Origin: an uncultured Eubacteriales bacterium
GTDB taxonomy: Bacteria > Bacillota > Clostridia > Christensenellales > CAG-314
Direction of reading: 5' to 3'
Assembly: GCA_948938605.1 (NCBI GenBank)
Contig: CARAIG010000086.1
Span: 7,931-71,930 of the forward strand
Length of the DNA stretch: 64,000 nt
Positions 8,508 through 17,979 of the stretch are shown piece after piece (the stretch's first letter is position 1; every line of letters starts with the position of its first letter). A model generated the notes under the pieces. It was given only the letters and a program-made list of their open reading frames with translations. It was not told the DNA's origin and did not search any database. A program made the translations under genes and the position numbers.

Positions 8508-9938
8508 ATGCGTCAAACAAATAAACGGTTTTTAATAATTAAATACTTATGTGTTGTAGCAGTGATTTTTATGTCTATTTGCGGTTTTTCTGCTTCGGTA
8601 GCCATTGCTTATACAGATAGCGAAAACGCCGATATTTATAAAAGTATAGACGACTATCTTAACGACGTTACGACAAAAGCCAACTTCCCGTCATTGTCAA
8701 TAGCAATAGTAGATAAGGAAACTACTTTATTTTCTAAATCCTACGGGGATTGTGAAAGTCCCGACGTTCCGTATTTACTTGGCTCGGTAAGCAAATCGTT
8801 TACTGCGCTTTGTATAATGCAACTTGCGGAACAAGGCAAAATCGATTTAAATGCCGAATTAAGCAAATATTTACCTAATGCCACCGACGGCGACAACATA
8901 TCGATAATTCAACTGCTTAACCATACAAGCGGTCTTGGCGAACATCAAAATTTAACTAATTATAAAATAGTAGGCAAGCAAGGCGTACATACTTATGCAA
9001 ATGTCAATTATTCTTTATTGGGTAAAGTTGTCGAAAAAGTAAGCGGTACCGATTATGCAAGTTATGTTACCGATAATATTTTTGCTCCTCTTTGCATGAC
9101 AAAATCTTTTGCCGATATCGGTAAGGCAAAGGAAAACGGGCTTATTCAAGGCTATGAAAGTTGGTTCGGCATCAATACTAAGACAAATGCAAAATTTTCA
9201 AATTCCGACAGCGCTTGGATAACAACTTCTGCGGGATATCTTTCATCGTCTGTTTCCGACCTTGGCAAATATCTGCAAATGTACTTAAACGGCGGTAAAG
9301 GAATAATATCTGCCGATAGCATAAATAAAATGTTTTATCAAGGCGTTGAAGTGGAAGCAAATATTCCGTACCGATACGCTATGGGTTGGACTTTAATAAA
9401 TGAACCGCTTAAACAACCCGCATTGCGCCATAGCGGACTTGTTGAAACGGGAATGTCGGTGGTGTATATTTTGCCCGAAAGTGAAATAGGAATTGCCATT
9501 GCAGTAAACACTAACGACTATTTTGTCGGTAAAGATATGATGGACCGAATTGATTGGGGAGTTGTTCTTATGATTATGGGCGATGAGCCAAATCAAATAG
9601 GCGCAAATGAATATGTCTTAAAACATTTGTTGTACGATTTTATCTATTTATTAGTTTTTGCAATAGCCGTACTGCCTATATTTTTGATTGCACATTACAA
9701 AAAAATGCTTGCAAGCGGAAAACTGTGGGTAAAGGTTTTGTTGCTTACGCTTTTACATTTAATACTGCCGGTAACTCTATTATTATTGCCACAGATTTTC
9801 TTTTCTACCCCGCTGTGGGTAGTAAAGGCTTTTGTACCCGATATGTTTACAGTCATTATAGTTTCGGCTTGTCTGCTGTTTGCGTGCGGAATTGTAAAAA
9901 TATTTTTACTGGTTAAGCACAAATTGAAGTCCGTTTAA
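8508..9938 (+). CDS. beta-lactamase-family serine hydrolase with a C-terminal multi-TM extension
   Basis: N-terminal signal/anchor, SVSKSF (SxxK) and YANVNY (YxN). The last ~120 aa form about 4 hydrophobic helices. Confidence 0.75.
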   Translation: MRQTNKRFLIIKYLCVVAVIFMSICGFSASVAIAYTDSENADIYKSIDDYLNDVTTKANFPSLSIAIVDKETTLFSKSYGDCESPDVPYLLGSVSKSFTALCIMQLAEQGKIDLNAELSKYLPNATDGDNISIIQLLNHTSGLGEHQNLTNYKIVGKQGVHTYANVNYSLLGKVVEKVSGTDYASYVTDNIFAPLCMTKSFADIGKAKENGLIQGYESWFGINTKTNAKFSNSDSAWITTSAGYLSSSVSDLGKYLQMYLNGGKGIISADSINKMFYQGVEVEANIPYRYAMGWTLINEPLKQPALRHSGLVETGMSVVYILPESEIGIAIAVNTNDYFVGKDMMDRIDWGVVLMIMGDEPNQIGANEYVLKHLLYDFIYLLVFAIAVLPIFLIAHYKKMLASGKLWVKVLLLTLLHLILPVTLLLLPQIFFSTPLWVVKAFVPDMFTVIIVSACLLFACGIVKIFLLVKHKLKSV

Positions 9939-10037
9939 CTGTATATTTTTTTTTAACTGTTATAGGAGTGACATTAGTTTTAGCAGGTTACTTAATAGAC
10001 AAAATTAAATATTAAATAACAATTTGTAAATAAGCAA

Positions 10038-10075
10038 AGGGAACGAGAATTTTAAATTTTTTCGTTCCCTTTATT
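10038..10075 (+). terminator. rho-independent terminator
   Basis: A 9-bp stem agggaacga/tcgttccct followed by T-rich sequence. Confidence 0.65.
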
Positions 10076-10164
10076 GTAATTTTTTTACCGTTGTTTTTGC
10101 AACAATATGCCCTAATAACTTTTGTAAACCGATTGCAATTCGCTCGTTTGGTTTTTATATTGAA

Positions 10165-10237
10165 ACTTGTTGATTTGTCAACAAATTAATTGACAACCGT
10201 TTGAATATAATGTATACTTGTTGACAAATCAACAAGT
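10165..10237. promoter_or_regulatory. pair of 20-bp perfect inverted repeats (MarR operator candidates)
   Basis: 10165-10184 acttgttgatttgtcaacaa is the exact reverse complement of 10218-10237 ttgttgacaaatcaacaagt. Each copy is itself a 7-4-7 palindrome TTGTTGA/TCAACAA. Confidence 0.6.
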
Positions 10238-10247
10238 GGAGGAAATT

Positions 10248-10697
10248 ATGGAAAACGTATTCGAAAACTTCACCGTTACCGTAATGAAGATAAACAAAAC
10301 GGTGCAAAAAATCAAACAAGTTGAAATGCAACGGTACAATTTAAAAAGCATACACGTAATGTGTATTTATTATCTTAGCGAACGCAAACAAGGGCTTACC
10401 GCAAGCGAACTTATGCGTTTAACTTACGAGGATAAGTCGGCGCTATCCCGCGCGTTAAAGCAACTGCGCAACGACGGTTATGTTGTGTACGACGTCGACT
10501 CGTACAATGCTGTAATTACGCTAACGGACAAAGGCAAGCAAATTGCAACCGACGTAATAAGCAAAATAGACAAAGCAGTGCTTTTTGCAAGCGCGGATTT
10601 TACCGACGAACAGCGGGACTTTTTTTACCGTTCGTTAAGCGCAATTTGCGACAACATACAAAAGTATTACGAAAAGGTGGTTAAAGGCAATGATTAA
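10248..10697 (+). CDS. MarR-family transcriptional regulator
   Basis: Winged-helix MarR-like sequence. I prefer the ATG at 10248, which has GGAGG 7 nt upstream, over the track's TTG at 10218, which lies inside the operator repeat. Confidence 0.8.
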   Translation: MENVFENFTVTVMKINKTVQKIKQVEMQRYNLKSIHVMCIYYLSERKQGLTASELMRLTYEDKSALSRALKQLRNDGYVVYDVDSYNAVITLTDKGKQIATDVISKIDKAVLFASADFTDEQRDFFYRSLSAICDNIQKYYEKVVKGND

Positions 10698-11538
10698 AAT
10701 AGTGGTCGACTCCGCTTCGGACATAGACATAAACGAAGCGCAAACAATGGGCGTAGCGTTAATGCCGTTGCAAGTACGGTTCGGCAATGACGAGTATTTG
10801 GACGGCATAAACCTTACTAACAGACAGTTTTTTGAAAAGTTAATAGAAAGCGACGAACTTCCGCAAACAAGTCAAATAAACGAATACCGTTGGGCGGAAA
10901 CGTTTGCCGAACTAACTAAGGACGGTGACGACGTGCTTGCAGTAACAATATCGTCTAAACTTTCGGGGACGTATTCCTGTGCGGTAAAAGCTTCCAAAAA
11001 GTTTAACGGCAAAGTTCGCGTTGTGGACAGTTTAAATGCCAGCATAGGGGAACGCATACTGTTAAATTACGCAATTAAACTTGTATCCGACAATGCGTCA
11101 ACGCTTGACGAAACCGAAAAGGAATTGAACAAGGCAAAAAACAAAATACAAGTTTTAGCGGTGTTGGATACTTTAAAATATTTGCGTAAAGGCGGACGTA
11201 TTTCGTCGGTTACGGCGTTCGCGGGCGAATTGATGTCCATTAAACCGGTTATATCGGTCGTCAACGGCGAAGTGAAACTTGCAGGCAAAGCAATTGGCTC
11301 TAAAAAGGGAAACAACTTGCTTATGCAGTTGGTAAATAAATGCGGCGGAATAAATTTTAATATGCCGTACGCATTGGCGTATTCGGGGCTAAACGACGAT
11401 TATTTGCAAAAGTATTTAAATGACAGCGAACAACTGTGGAAAGGCAAAACGGACAATATTCCCGTACATTTAATAGGCAGTACAATAGGTACGCACGTTG
11501 GTCCCAACGCTATTGCGGTAGCCTTTTTTGCAAATTGA
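10690..11538 (+). CDS. DegV-family fatty-acid-binding protein
   Basis: 282 aa, MIKIVVDSASDI... with DegV-like layout. Its start overlaps the marR stop. Confidence 0.85.
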   Translation: MIKIVVDSASDIDINEAQTMGVALMPLQVRFGNDEYLDGINLTNRQFFEKLIESDELPQTSQINEYRWAETFAELTKDGDDVLAVTISSKLSGTYSCAVKASKKFNGKVRVVDSLNASIGERILLNYAIKLVSDNASTLDETEKELNKAKNKIQVLAVLDTLKYLRKGGRISSVTAFAGELMSIKPVISVVNGEVKLAGKAIGSKKGNNLLMQLVNKCGGINFNMPYALAYSGLNDDYLQKYLNDSEQLWKGKTDNIPVHLIGSTIGTHVGPNAIAVAFFAN

Positions 11539-11620
11539 TGTATGTGTTTAAATCCGAGTAATACTAATCGTATTTTGAGTAGTTGAGATTATTATTTTTT
11601 ATACAAATTTTATCGCAAAA

Positions 11621-11653
11621 AAACGTTACGGTTTTTACGCCGTAACGTTTTGC
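11621..11653 (+). terminator. rho-independent terminator after degV
   Basis: An 11-bp stem aaacgttacgg/ccgtaacgttt followed by T's. Confidence 0.75.
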
Positions 11654-11830
11654 TTTGTTTATTTGTTGTTGTTTTGACTTTTTATGCGAGTGTTTTTGAG
11701 TTGATGTAACGGAATATACTTTAATTTTTATTAAAAACGTTTGTATTAAATTATTTGCTTTTATGCATTATTATGTCGGTTTTTTATCGGGCTTTTCGGA
11801 CGGGGCGACATTATTCCAAGCATTTACCGT

Positions 11831-12229
11831 TTAGTTAAGCAGGGCGCGTCGTTCGGGATTTAAATTTTGAATTGACTTTATCAGTTTGCGATCCTCCGAC
11901 GAAACGGTCATCGTTACGGAAGAAATAGGCAGTTTTCTTTTTGTTGAAGCCGATGGCGTAACGTCTTTGCCGTCCGAAGTTTTTATTACGGCATTTGGCG
12001 GATCGGAAGTATAAATATCTTCTACGCCGACAAGATAATCTATCGTACAGTTAAAAAACTCTGCAAGTCGGGTTAAGTACGTAATTTTAGGTTCGGCAAT
12101 ACCGTTTTCCCATTTGCAAACCGCCGCGTCGCTTACGCCTACTGCTTTTGCAAGTTGAAGCATGCTTAGTCCCGCTTCCTCGCGCAGTTCTCTTAAACGT
12201 TGTCCGAATAATATATGCTCTTTTTCCAT
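11831..12229 (-). CDS. XRE-family transcriptional regulator with a C-terminal extension (132 aa)
   Basis: N-terminal HTH_3 (LRELREEAGLSMLQLAKAVGVSDAAVCKWENG). Divergent from the giant lipoprotein gene. Confidence 0.75.
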   Translation of the reverse strand: MEKEHILFGQRLRELREEAGLSMLQLAKAVGVSDAAVCKWENGIAEPKITYLTRLAEFFNCTIDYLVGVEDIYTSDPPNAVIKTSDGKDVTPSASTKRKLPISSVTMTVSSEDRKLIKSIQNLNPERRALLN

Positions 12230-12274
12230 TTTTTCTCCCGACAGTCTACTTACTTATGTTAGTTTTATTTAGTA

Positions 12275-12290
12275 TAACAAACTTTTGTTA
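12275..12290. promoter_or_regulatory. palindrome TAACAA-N4-TTGTTA in the divergent XRE/lipoprotein intergenic region
   Basis: Perfect 6-bp arms, about 45 nt upstream of the XRE start. Confidence 0.35.
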
Positions 12291-12473
12291 ATAACATCGT
12301 TGACACTTACTAAAATTAATGATATCCTATTGTCGCATTAACTATAATTAGTGAACGTATAAAAAATTTGTTATATACGGTGCAGTAAACAAAAAACTTG
12401 CCGTACGGCGAAATGTCTTTACGTCCTAATTAATTCGTATGATTTAAATTTACAAAATTATAGGGGGTTTACT

Positions 12474-15400
12474 ATGAAAAGGAAACTGCTAATTGTTACG
12501 TTGTTGTTAATTATTGTACTTTGCGGTATTGTGCTTATCGCTTGCAATCCGGACGGTACCGACAAAGCAAGTTTCAATGCGGAATTTGTATCTTTCCGCA
12601 AAAAAATAGTTACAATACTTAAAGATAACGGTATTTTCGTTAACGATTTAGACAAGTCCGCGAGCAAGACTGACGTTTATAAAAATATGGTTTATGCTGC
12701 TTCGAGCCTTAATTCGAACGGTTTAAACGGTATTGCGGATATACTTTTAAAGGATGAATACAAGTCGGACGGCGACGGATACGACTTTGCTGTAAAGCAA
12801 ATTTATACTGTAGCACTGCAAATGTCGCTGTGCTTGGGCGACGGCATAATCAATTACTTTGGCGAAGAAACCATTTACAACATTCCCGTATACATACCCG
12901 ATGTAAATATGGTAATTACCGAGCAAGATAATACCGTCAACATATATTCGTATCAAAAATACAACGACATCGAGTCGATGATGAAAATAGAAATCGTTTT
13001 CGAAAATTCCGACGATTACTATTTTACCGTTGTCGAAACGGGCGGAGATTGGATTGCAACGGGCAACGATTACGATATGTATTTTTACGGAAATTCTCAA
13101 AAGGAATTTTTGATGTATTCTCATAACGAAACTATGTACACTCCCAACGGAGCGGACTTTTATCAAACAGGAAACGCCAAAACATTGTCGGAGATTGCCG
13201 ATATTTTAGGCGACGTGTTTAAGCTTGACGTAGCGGAGTACCGTAAAATAGACCAAAACGTAAAGCACCGTTTTACGCAAGAGCAATTTCAAAAGTTAAA
13301 CGACAAGTATTTTAAGGACGTTCAAAGTTCTGTTGAAACGCGCGATTCGGAATTTGTCTACGAAAATATTAACGGCAAACGCGTTTTGACGTCTTTTGTT
13401 GCAGGTAACGGCGAAACGGAAGTAGTAATTCCGTCGGACACAAAGTATATGTCCGAACAGTTTGTAATCGAGGATTTAAAGGACTCCGTTAAAACTCTTG
13501 TAATACCTGCCTCAATCGAGCAATTGGTTGATACGGACGGCAATGTAACCGGTGACTGGAATTATGTCCGTATTGATATAATGACCCAAAACGGTGCTAA
13601 ACTGCTTGAAAATATAACTGTCAAGCAAGGCTCCAAGTTGTTTAAGTCGGGTCAAGGACATTTGACAATGACGGACGGATTTGTCGTATACGCATTGGAC
13701 AAAACTTTGGATAAATTCGATTTAAACGTATTAGCCCGTGCGACCCGTCAGGAAGATGAAATCGGCGATGGCTTTAAATACAACAAATTGTTTAAGTTTA
13801 ACGGTACTTCGGTTGATTTAGATTACGCATTATTCGAGTCAGTATCCCAAGATTACGGTTTAGGCGGCGAAGAATTGCTGAAAAATATTTACAAAGTATT
13901 TAACAATTCCGCGATAAATACTTACAATATTGCAATGTCGTTTACTAGTCGCGACAGCGGTAAAGACGATCCGAATGTCGGCTTTTACGGATATTGGAAC
14001 TTTGATATCAACCTAAAACTTGATACTGCAATTAACGTAGCCTTTGACGAATGCAGCGCAAGCGACGATTTGTATTTGAATGTAAATTTAATTAATTCTA
14101 CGTCTAACAAACACAATGTTACGGTTAACGTCGAAGGTTTTTCCTACCGCACAACTTTGGAAGTAGTACCCAAGCAACCCCAAGCAGACAAGGGCGAAGA
14201 TCCCGTTTTTGTATCCAATGACAAAATATTTACTACGTTTAATTTAGACATTCCTACAATCTATTACGAAGGGTTGTGCGTTGATTCGCAATGTTTACGC
14301 AGAGACGAACAAAATTCAACAATCAACTTCGATACGTCAAAAGACGAACAATACCGTTATTACGAAATAGCCGACGCTAACACTAACGCAAATCATTCCA
14401 ACCTTTACTGCGTGTTAGACATTACAAACGATGTGCGCAACGGCGACAAGATAACAATTTCGCAAAAGCTGTTCGGTCTTGACGTAATGCGTGTACGTAT
14501 AGACGTAGACGCAGTGACAAATAAACAAGTAACCGTTATTTTGAATAATTTGGATAATTTTGATCGTGTTGAATTTTACAGTTCGTCAAACGCGGAAAAA
14601 ACAACTCTTGATAATGCCGATTTTGTAATTTCCGCCAATTGCGAATTTGATAGTATAATACCGTTTATAGTCAATTACGATTCGAATACAAACTACGCAA
14701 TATCCTTTACATTGCGCGGATCGGACAAAGCGGAAGTATTTCAAACGGGTTGGGAATACGGTTACGGCAATCCCGATAACGAAAGGCGCGAAGCAACGTT
14801 TTGGTACGAGAACAGGGAACTGGCAGTATCGTACAGTAAACGGTTGGGTGTTGTAATACTGGAAGAATGCGAACAAGGTTATGCGTATTTTGCATTCCAA
14901 CGCAGATATTTGGAAGGTTGGAACAGCGTAGGACAAATTAACGTTTTGGATTTATACCGTAACGATAAGGGGCAGCTTTGCTGTTCGTATGAAGCAATAT
15001 CGAAAAAGGACGAAGTATATTACGATAAAGATTTTGTGCTTGTAAAATACGCGTTAGGGGTGCAAAGCGTTAAAGTTGCTTACGACAAGCAATGGTCAGT
15101 GGTAAGCGTAAATTTGGAAGCGGAATTTGCCGAAAACTCGGTTGACGGCAAAACTTATTTTACTGCAACGGTAAGCACTTTTAATAATGACAAAAAAGGA
15201 AGTAAAAATTACGACGATTTACAAGACCAACCGTTGTTTGAGTTTTTCGATTGTAATTATACGAAAGATTATTATGATGCCAGTAGCGGAAGTCTTTACA
15301 AGACCGAAACCGGCGGTACAAATTTAATAATCGTGTGCGCTGAGGACAGACTGTTAGTACTCCGCAAATATTCGTACATCAATGAAAATTTGCGGGTAAA

Positions 15401-16487
15401 TATCGGTAACAAATCTTTTGATACCAACTATAAAAGCTACGAAAGTTCAAATTATGCAACGTTTAACGTTGACGCTTGGGGTTTGGAAGATATAGACAAT
15501 TACGTCTACTATTTTGAATACAAAAATTGGCAAGGCGAATACGAGTTTTCGGAAGTTCACGTTTACCATCAAAACGGTTCGGTTTATGCCACAACAATTA
15601 AATTAAACAGTACTGTCCGTCTTGTCCGTTTGCCCATTGGTCAACATATGCAAAATTTTAAGGGGGATAATTTCGATATAACGCTAAATTTAGACCTTAT
15701 TAAACCCGAATTAGATATTAATGACAATGGATTGTTTTCCTTTTTAAGTAAATCGCAGTATACGTTAAGCGGCAATGTGGAAAGCTACGATATCGAAGAA
15801 TACGGATTTTTCAGTAATCTTAATTTCAATTTCCGGTATCTAAATTACGGAACTAACGAACAGTGGTCCAACTTCGAATGGCAATATTCGTTTGACGGAC
15901 TTGATTTGCAAATTACAGGCTTGGAAATTTTTGACGAGTTTTTTAACTTGCAAATAAATATCGAAGGGCAAGCATATTCCAAAAATGTACTGTTAAATAC
16001 GGAAATTTATCTTGACGGTATAAATTTGGACGAAAGATATGTTTATTACATAAGTAGTTCGGACGGCAGATTGTACCAACTTGAAGTAAATGACGGAGTT
16101 ATGTCGTTATATATTTACGACAAATATATTAGCGGCGAAGAAAAAAAGGTTTTAAATATCGTAAAAATACGCAATGAATTCGAAGTAAATATAGACGGAA
16201 TATATTCGATAAGCGGTGACAATTGGAAAAAAATCGACGTAGAAATAAAGGCAACTATACAAATTAAAGTATATCAAGGTAATGATAAAAACAGTTGTCG
16301 CGTCGAATGCGAAGGTACAGGCACAGTCGACGGAAAACAAATAACCGAAATTCGCAGCGACTTCGACTTTTTAATGCTAAATTTAAATTGGGAAGGTAAA
16401 ACATCGGACGACCGTTTTTATTGGATATTTTCTATTACTGCCGACGGGGAAATTATAATTACCGATATTGTTCTATTTGAATATTAA
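12474..16487 (+). CDS. 1337-aa lipoprotein of unknown function
   Basis: Signal peptide with lipobox LIAC (MKRKLLIVTLLLIIVLCGIVLIACNPDG). The sequence is N/D/Y/F-rich and visibly more AT-rich than the housekeeping genes. One segment (VVIPSDTKYMSEQFVIEDLKDSVKTLVIPASIEQL) faintly resembles a BspA-type LRR. Confidence 0.7.
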   Translation: MKRKLLIVTLLLIIVLCGIVLIACNPDGTDKASFNAEFVSFRKKIVTILKDNGIFVNDLDKSASKTDVYKNMVYAASSLNSNGLNGIADILLKDEYKSDGDGYDFAVKQIYTVALQMSLCLGDGIINYFGEETIYNIPVYIPDVNMVITEQDNTVNIYSYQKYNDIESMMKIEIVFENSDDYYFTVVETGGDWIATGNDYDMYFYGNSQKEFLMYSHNETMYTPNGADFYQTGNAKTLSEIADILGDVFKLDVAEYRKIDQNVKHRFTQEQFQKLNDKYFKDVQSSVETRDSEFVYENINGKRVLTSFVAGNGETEVVIPSDTKYMSEQFVIEDLKDSVKTLVIPASIEQLVDTDGNVTGDWNYVRIDIMTQNGAKLLENITVKQGSKLFKSGQGHLTMTDGFVVYALDKTLDKFDLNVLARATRQEDEIGDGFKYNKLFKFNGTSVDLDYALFESVSQDYGLGGEELLKNIYKVFNNSAINTYNIAMSFTSRDSGKDDPNVGFYGYWNFDINLKLDTAINVAFDECSASDDLYLNVNLINSTSNKHNVTVNVEGFSYRTTLEVVPKQPQADKGEDPVFVSNDKIFTTFNLDIPTIYYEGLCVDSQCLRRDEQNSTINFDTSKDEQYRYYEIADANTNANHSNLYCVLDITNDVRNGDKITISQKLFGLDVMRVRIDVDAVTNKQVTVILNNLDNFDRVEFYSSSNAEKTTLDNADFVISANCEFDSIIPFIVNYDSNTNYAISFTLRGSDKAEVFQTGWEYGYGNPDNERREATFWYENRELAVSYSKRLGVVILEECEQGYAYFAFQRRYLEGWNSVGQINVLDLYRNDKGQLCCSYEAISKKDEVYYDKDFVLVKYALGVQSVKVAYDKQWSVVSVNLEAEFAENSVDGKTYFTATVSTFNNDKKGSKNYDDLQDQPLFEFFDCNYTKDYYDASSGSLYKTETGGTNLIIVCAEDRLLVLRKYSYINENLRVNIGNKSFDTNYKSYESSNYATFNVDAWGLEDIDNYVYYFEYKNWQGEYEFSEVHVYHQNGSVYATTIKLNSTVRLVRLPIGQHMQNFKGDNFDITLNLDLIKPELDINDNGLFSFLSKSQYTLSGNVESYDIEEYGFFSNLNFNFRYLNYGTNEQWSNFEWQYSFDGLDLQITGLEIFDEFFNLQINIEGQAYSKNVLLNTEIYLDGINLDERYVYYISSSDGRLYQLEVNDGVMSLYIYDKYISGEEKKVLNIVKIRNEFEVNIDGIYSISGDNWKKIDVEIKATIQIKVYQGNDKNSCRVECEGTGTVDGKQITEIRSDFDFLMLNLNWEGKTSDDRFYWIFSITADGEIIITDIVLFEY

Positions 16488-16490
16488 ACA

Positions 16491-16521
16491 AAAAAACCAC
16501 GCAAATTTGCGTGGTTTTTTG
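16491..16521 (+). terminator. rho-independent terminator after the giant lipoprotein gene
   Basis: aaaaaaccacgc-aaattt-gcgtggtttttt, a perfect stem with a T-run. Confidence 0.85.
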
Positions 16522-16545
16522 CTGTGTTTGTGTTACAATAGTTTT

Positions 16546-17673
16546 ATGAAATTACTTATTCCTGTGGCTTCGGGAATTGAAGCGGTAGTTAAGCGTCAGC
16601 TTATGTTATTGGGTTATCCCGACACTCGCGCAATAAACGGACGAATTGCAGTAGACAATTGCAGTTGGCTGGACGTTGCGCGCTTAAATATGTTTTTGCG
16701 TAGCGGTGAACGTGTTTTAATTAACCTTGCGGAGTTTTCCGCAACGACGTTCGACGAACTGTTTGACGGACTGTGTACAATAAACTGGTGCGACTACGTC
16801 GACAAAAACGGCAGGACGGTTGTAGTTACCAAAACTGTAAACAGCACGCTGTTTGCGCACCATTCGGTGCAGTCGGTAGGCAAAAAAGCAATAGTGTCCG
16901 TTTTACAGCAAAAGTACGGCATATTAGCCGAAGACGGAGCCGAATACAAGGTGGAACTCGATATAACAAATGACGTGTGTTCGGTCAACCTTGACACATC
17001 GGGCGCGGGACTGCACAAACGCGGTTACCGTACTTTGGCGTACTCCGCCCCGTTAAAGGAAACAACCGCTTCGGCATTAATCGACTTGTCTGTATGGAAC
17101 CCCGACAAAGCTTTTGCCGATGTTTTTTGCGGAAGCGGAACTTTACCTATCGAAGCGGCAATTAAGGCGTTGAAGATAGCCCCCGGGCTAAAACGGACGT
17201 TTGCTTATCAACAGTGGACTTGCGTCGATAACAACGCCTACGCGCTTGCGTTGGACGAAGCGCAACAAATTCGCGTTAACCGCCCGTTAAATATTATCGG
17301 CGCGGATATCAGCAGCGAAGCGATAAGCATTGCAAAGTATCACGCAAAACAAGCGGGAGTGGACAATTACATCAAGTTCAATATCCGCAAAGCGCAGGAT
17401 TTTAAGTCCAATGCGAGTTACGGCGTAAACATAAGCAACCCGCCTTACGGCGAACGGTTAAGCGACTTGGACGAAGTAAAGCAAACTGCCACTGACTTGG
17501 GCAAACTGTACAAAACTTTAAATAACTGGAACTTTTACTTTTTGTCGCCGTATCAGGAGTTCGAACGCTGTTTCGGTCGGCGCGCCGACAAAAAACGATA
17601 TATTTACAATGCGGGAATTAAGTGTAGTTACTTTGCGTTTTTGAGCAAATCCAAACCCCCTAAGCCCGTATAA
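16546..17673 (+). CDS. THUMP-domain class I SAM-dependent RNA methyltransferase (RlmL/YpsC-like)
   Basis: MKLLIPVASGIEAVVKRQL..., a GSGTL SAM motif and NPPYGERL. I moved the start to the ATG at 16546 because the track start lies inside the upstream terminator. Confidence 0.85.
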   Translation: MKLLIPVASGIEAVVKRQLMLLGYPDTRAINGRIAVDNCSWLDVARLNMFLRSGERVLINLAEFSATTFDELFDGLCTINWCDYVDKNGRTVVVTKTVNSTLFAHHSVQSVGKKAIVSVLQQKYGILAEDGAEYKVELDITNDVCSVNLDTSGAGLHKRGYRTLAYSAPLKETTASALIDLSVWNPDKAFADVFCGSGTLPIEAAIKALKIAPGLKRTFAYQQWTCVDNNAYALALDEAQQIRVNRPLNIIGADISSEAISIAKYHAKQAGVDNYIKFNIRKAQDFKSNASYGVNISNPPYGERLSDLDEVKQTATDLGKLYKTLNNWNFYFLSPYQEFERCFGRRADKKRYIYNAGIKCSYFAFLSKSKPPKPV

Positions 17674-17783
17674 AGGGGCGTCTGCTTTGTTAAACTGCGG
17701 ACTCACGCTCAGTCACGTACGACTTAGTACGCTCATTCGCGTTCGCCTTGTTTGCCTCGCATCCACCCCTTTCTACGGGCTTA
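17661..17783. mobile_element. MITE-like 123-bp element with 10-bp terminal inverted repeats TAAGCCCGTA/TACGGGCTTA (copy A)
   Basis: The termini are perfect inverted repeats. The central block gctcagtcacgtacgacttagtacgctc is shared with copy B at 30908-31028. The left terminus supplies the last codons and stop of the methyltransferase gene. Confidence 0.6.
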
Positions 17784-17860
17784 GGAAGCCCTTACGGGTT
17801 GGTGTAGTAAATAAAAGTGTGATCAATAAAATTACAGTCACGTATGCCAAATCCGCACCC

Positions 17861-17940
17861 GCCTCGTCTTGCACGCTTTGGCTACGCAATCCGCACTGTG
17901 GATATGCGCTAAACGCGTCGTGCCCTTGCCTACCGAATTA
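17861..17940 (+). repeat. ~80-nt conserved intergenic module (copy A) containing the near-palindrome ATCCGCACTGTGGAT
   Basis: Aligns to 31048-31130 with about 7 mismatches and 1 gap by hand. Confidence 0.7.
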
Positions 17941-17979
17941 TTCCATTATAATGCGTAATTGCAGTAACTCATTTTATAT

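Noticed and set aside
10218-10247. Extended N-terminal starts given by the ORF track: 10218, 16468, 25222, 25447, 31631, 32055, 36670, 43005, 47691, 51162 and 61969.
   Set aside because: In each case an internal ATG or GTG with a well-spaced GGAGG-type RBS gives the family-typical N-terminus. The extension would overlap an operator, a terminator or the upstream gene.
6387-12229. The three XRE regulators as a sign of a prophage or integrative element.
   Set aside because: No integrase, recombinase, terminase, capsid, replication or toxin-antitoxin genes are nearby. The neighbours are a peptidase, a hydrolase, marR-degV and a lipoprotein.
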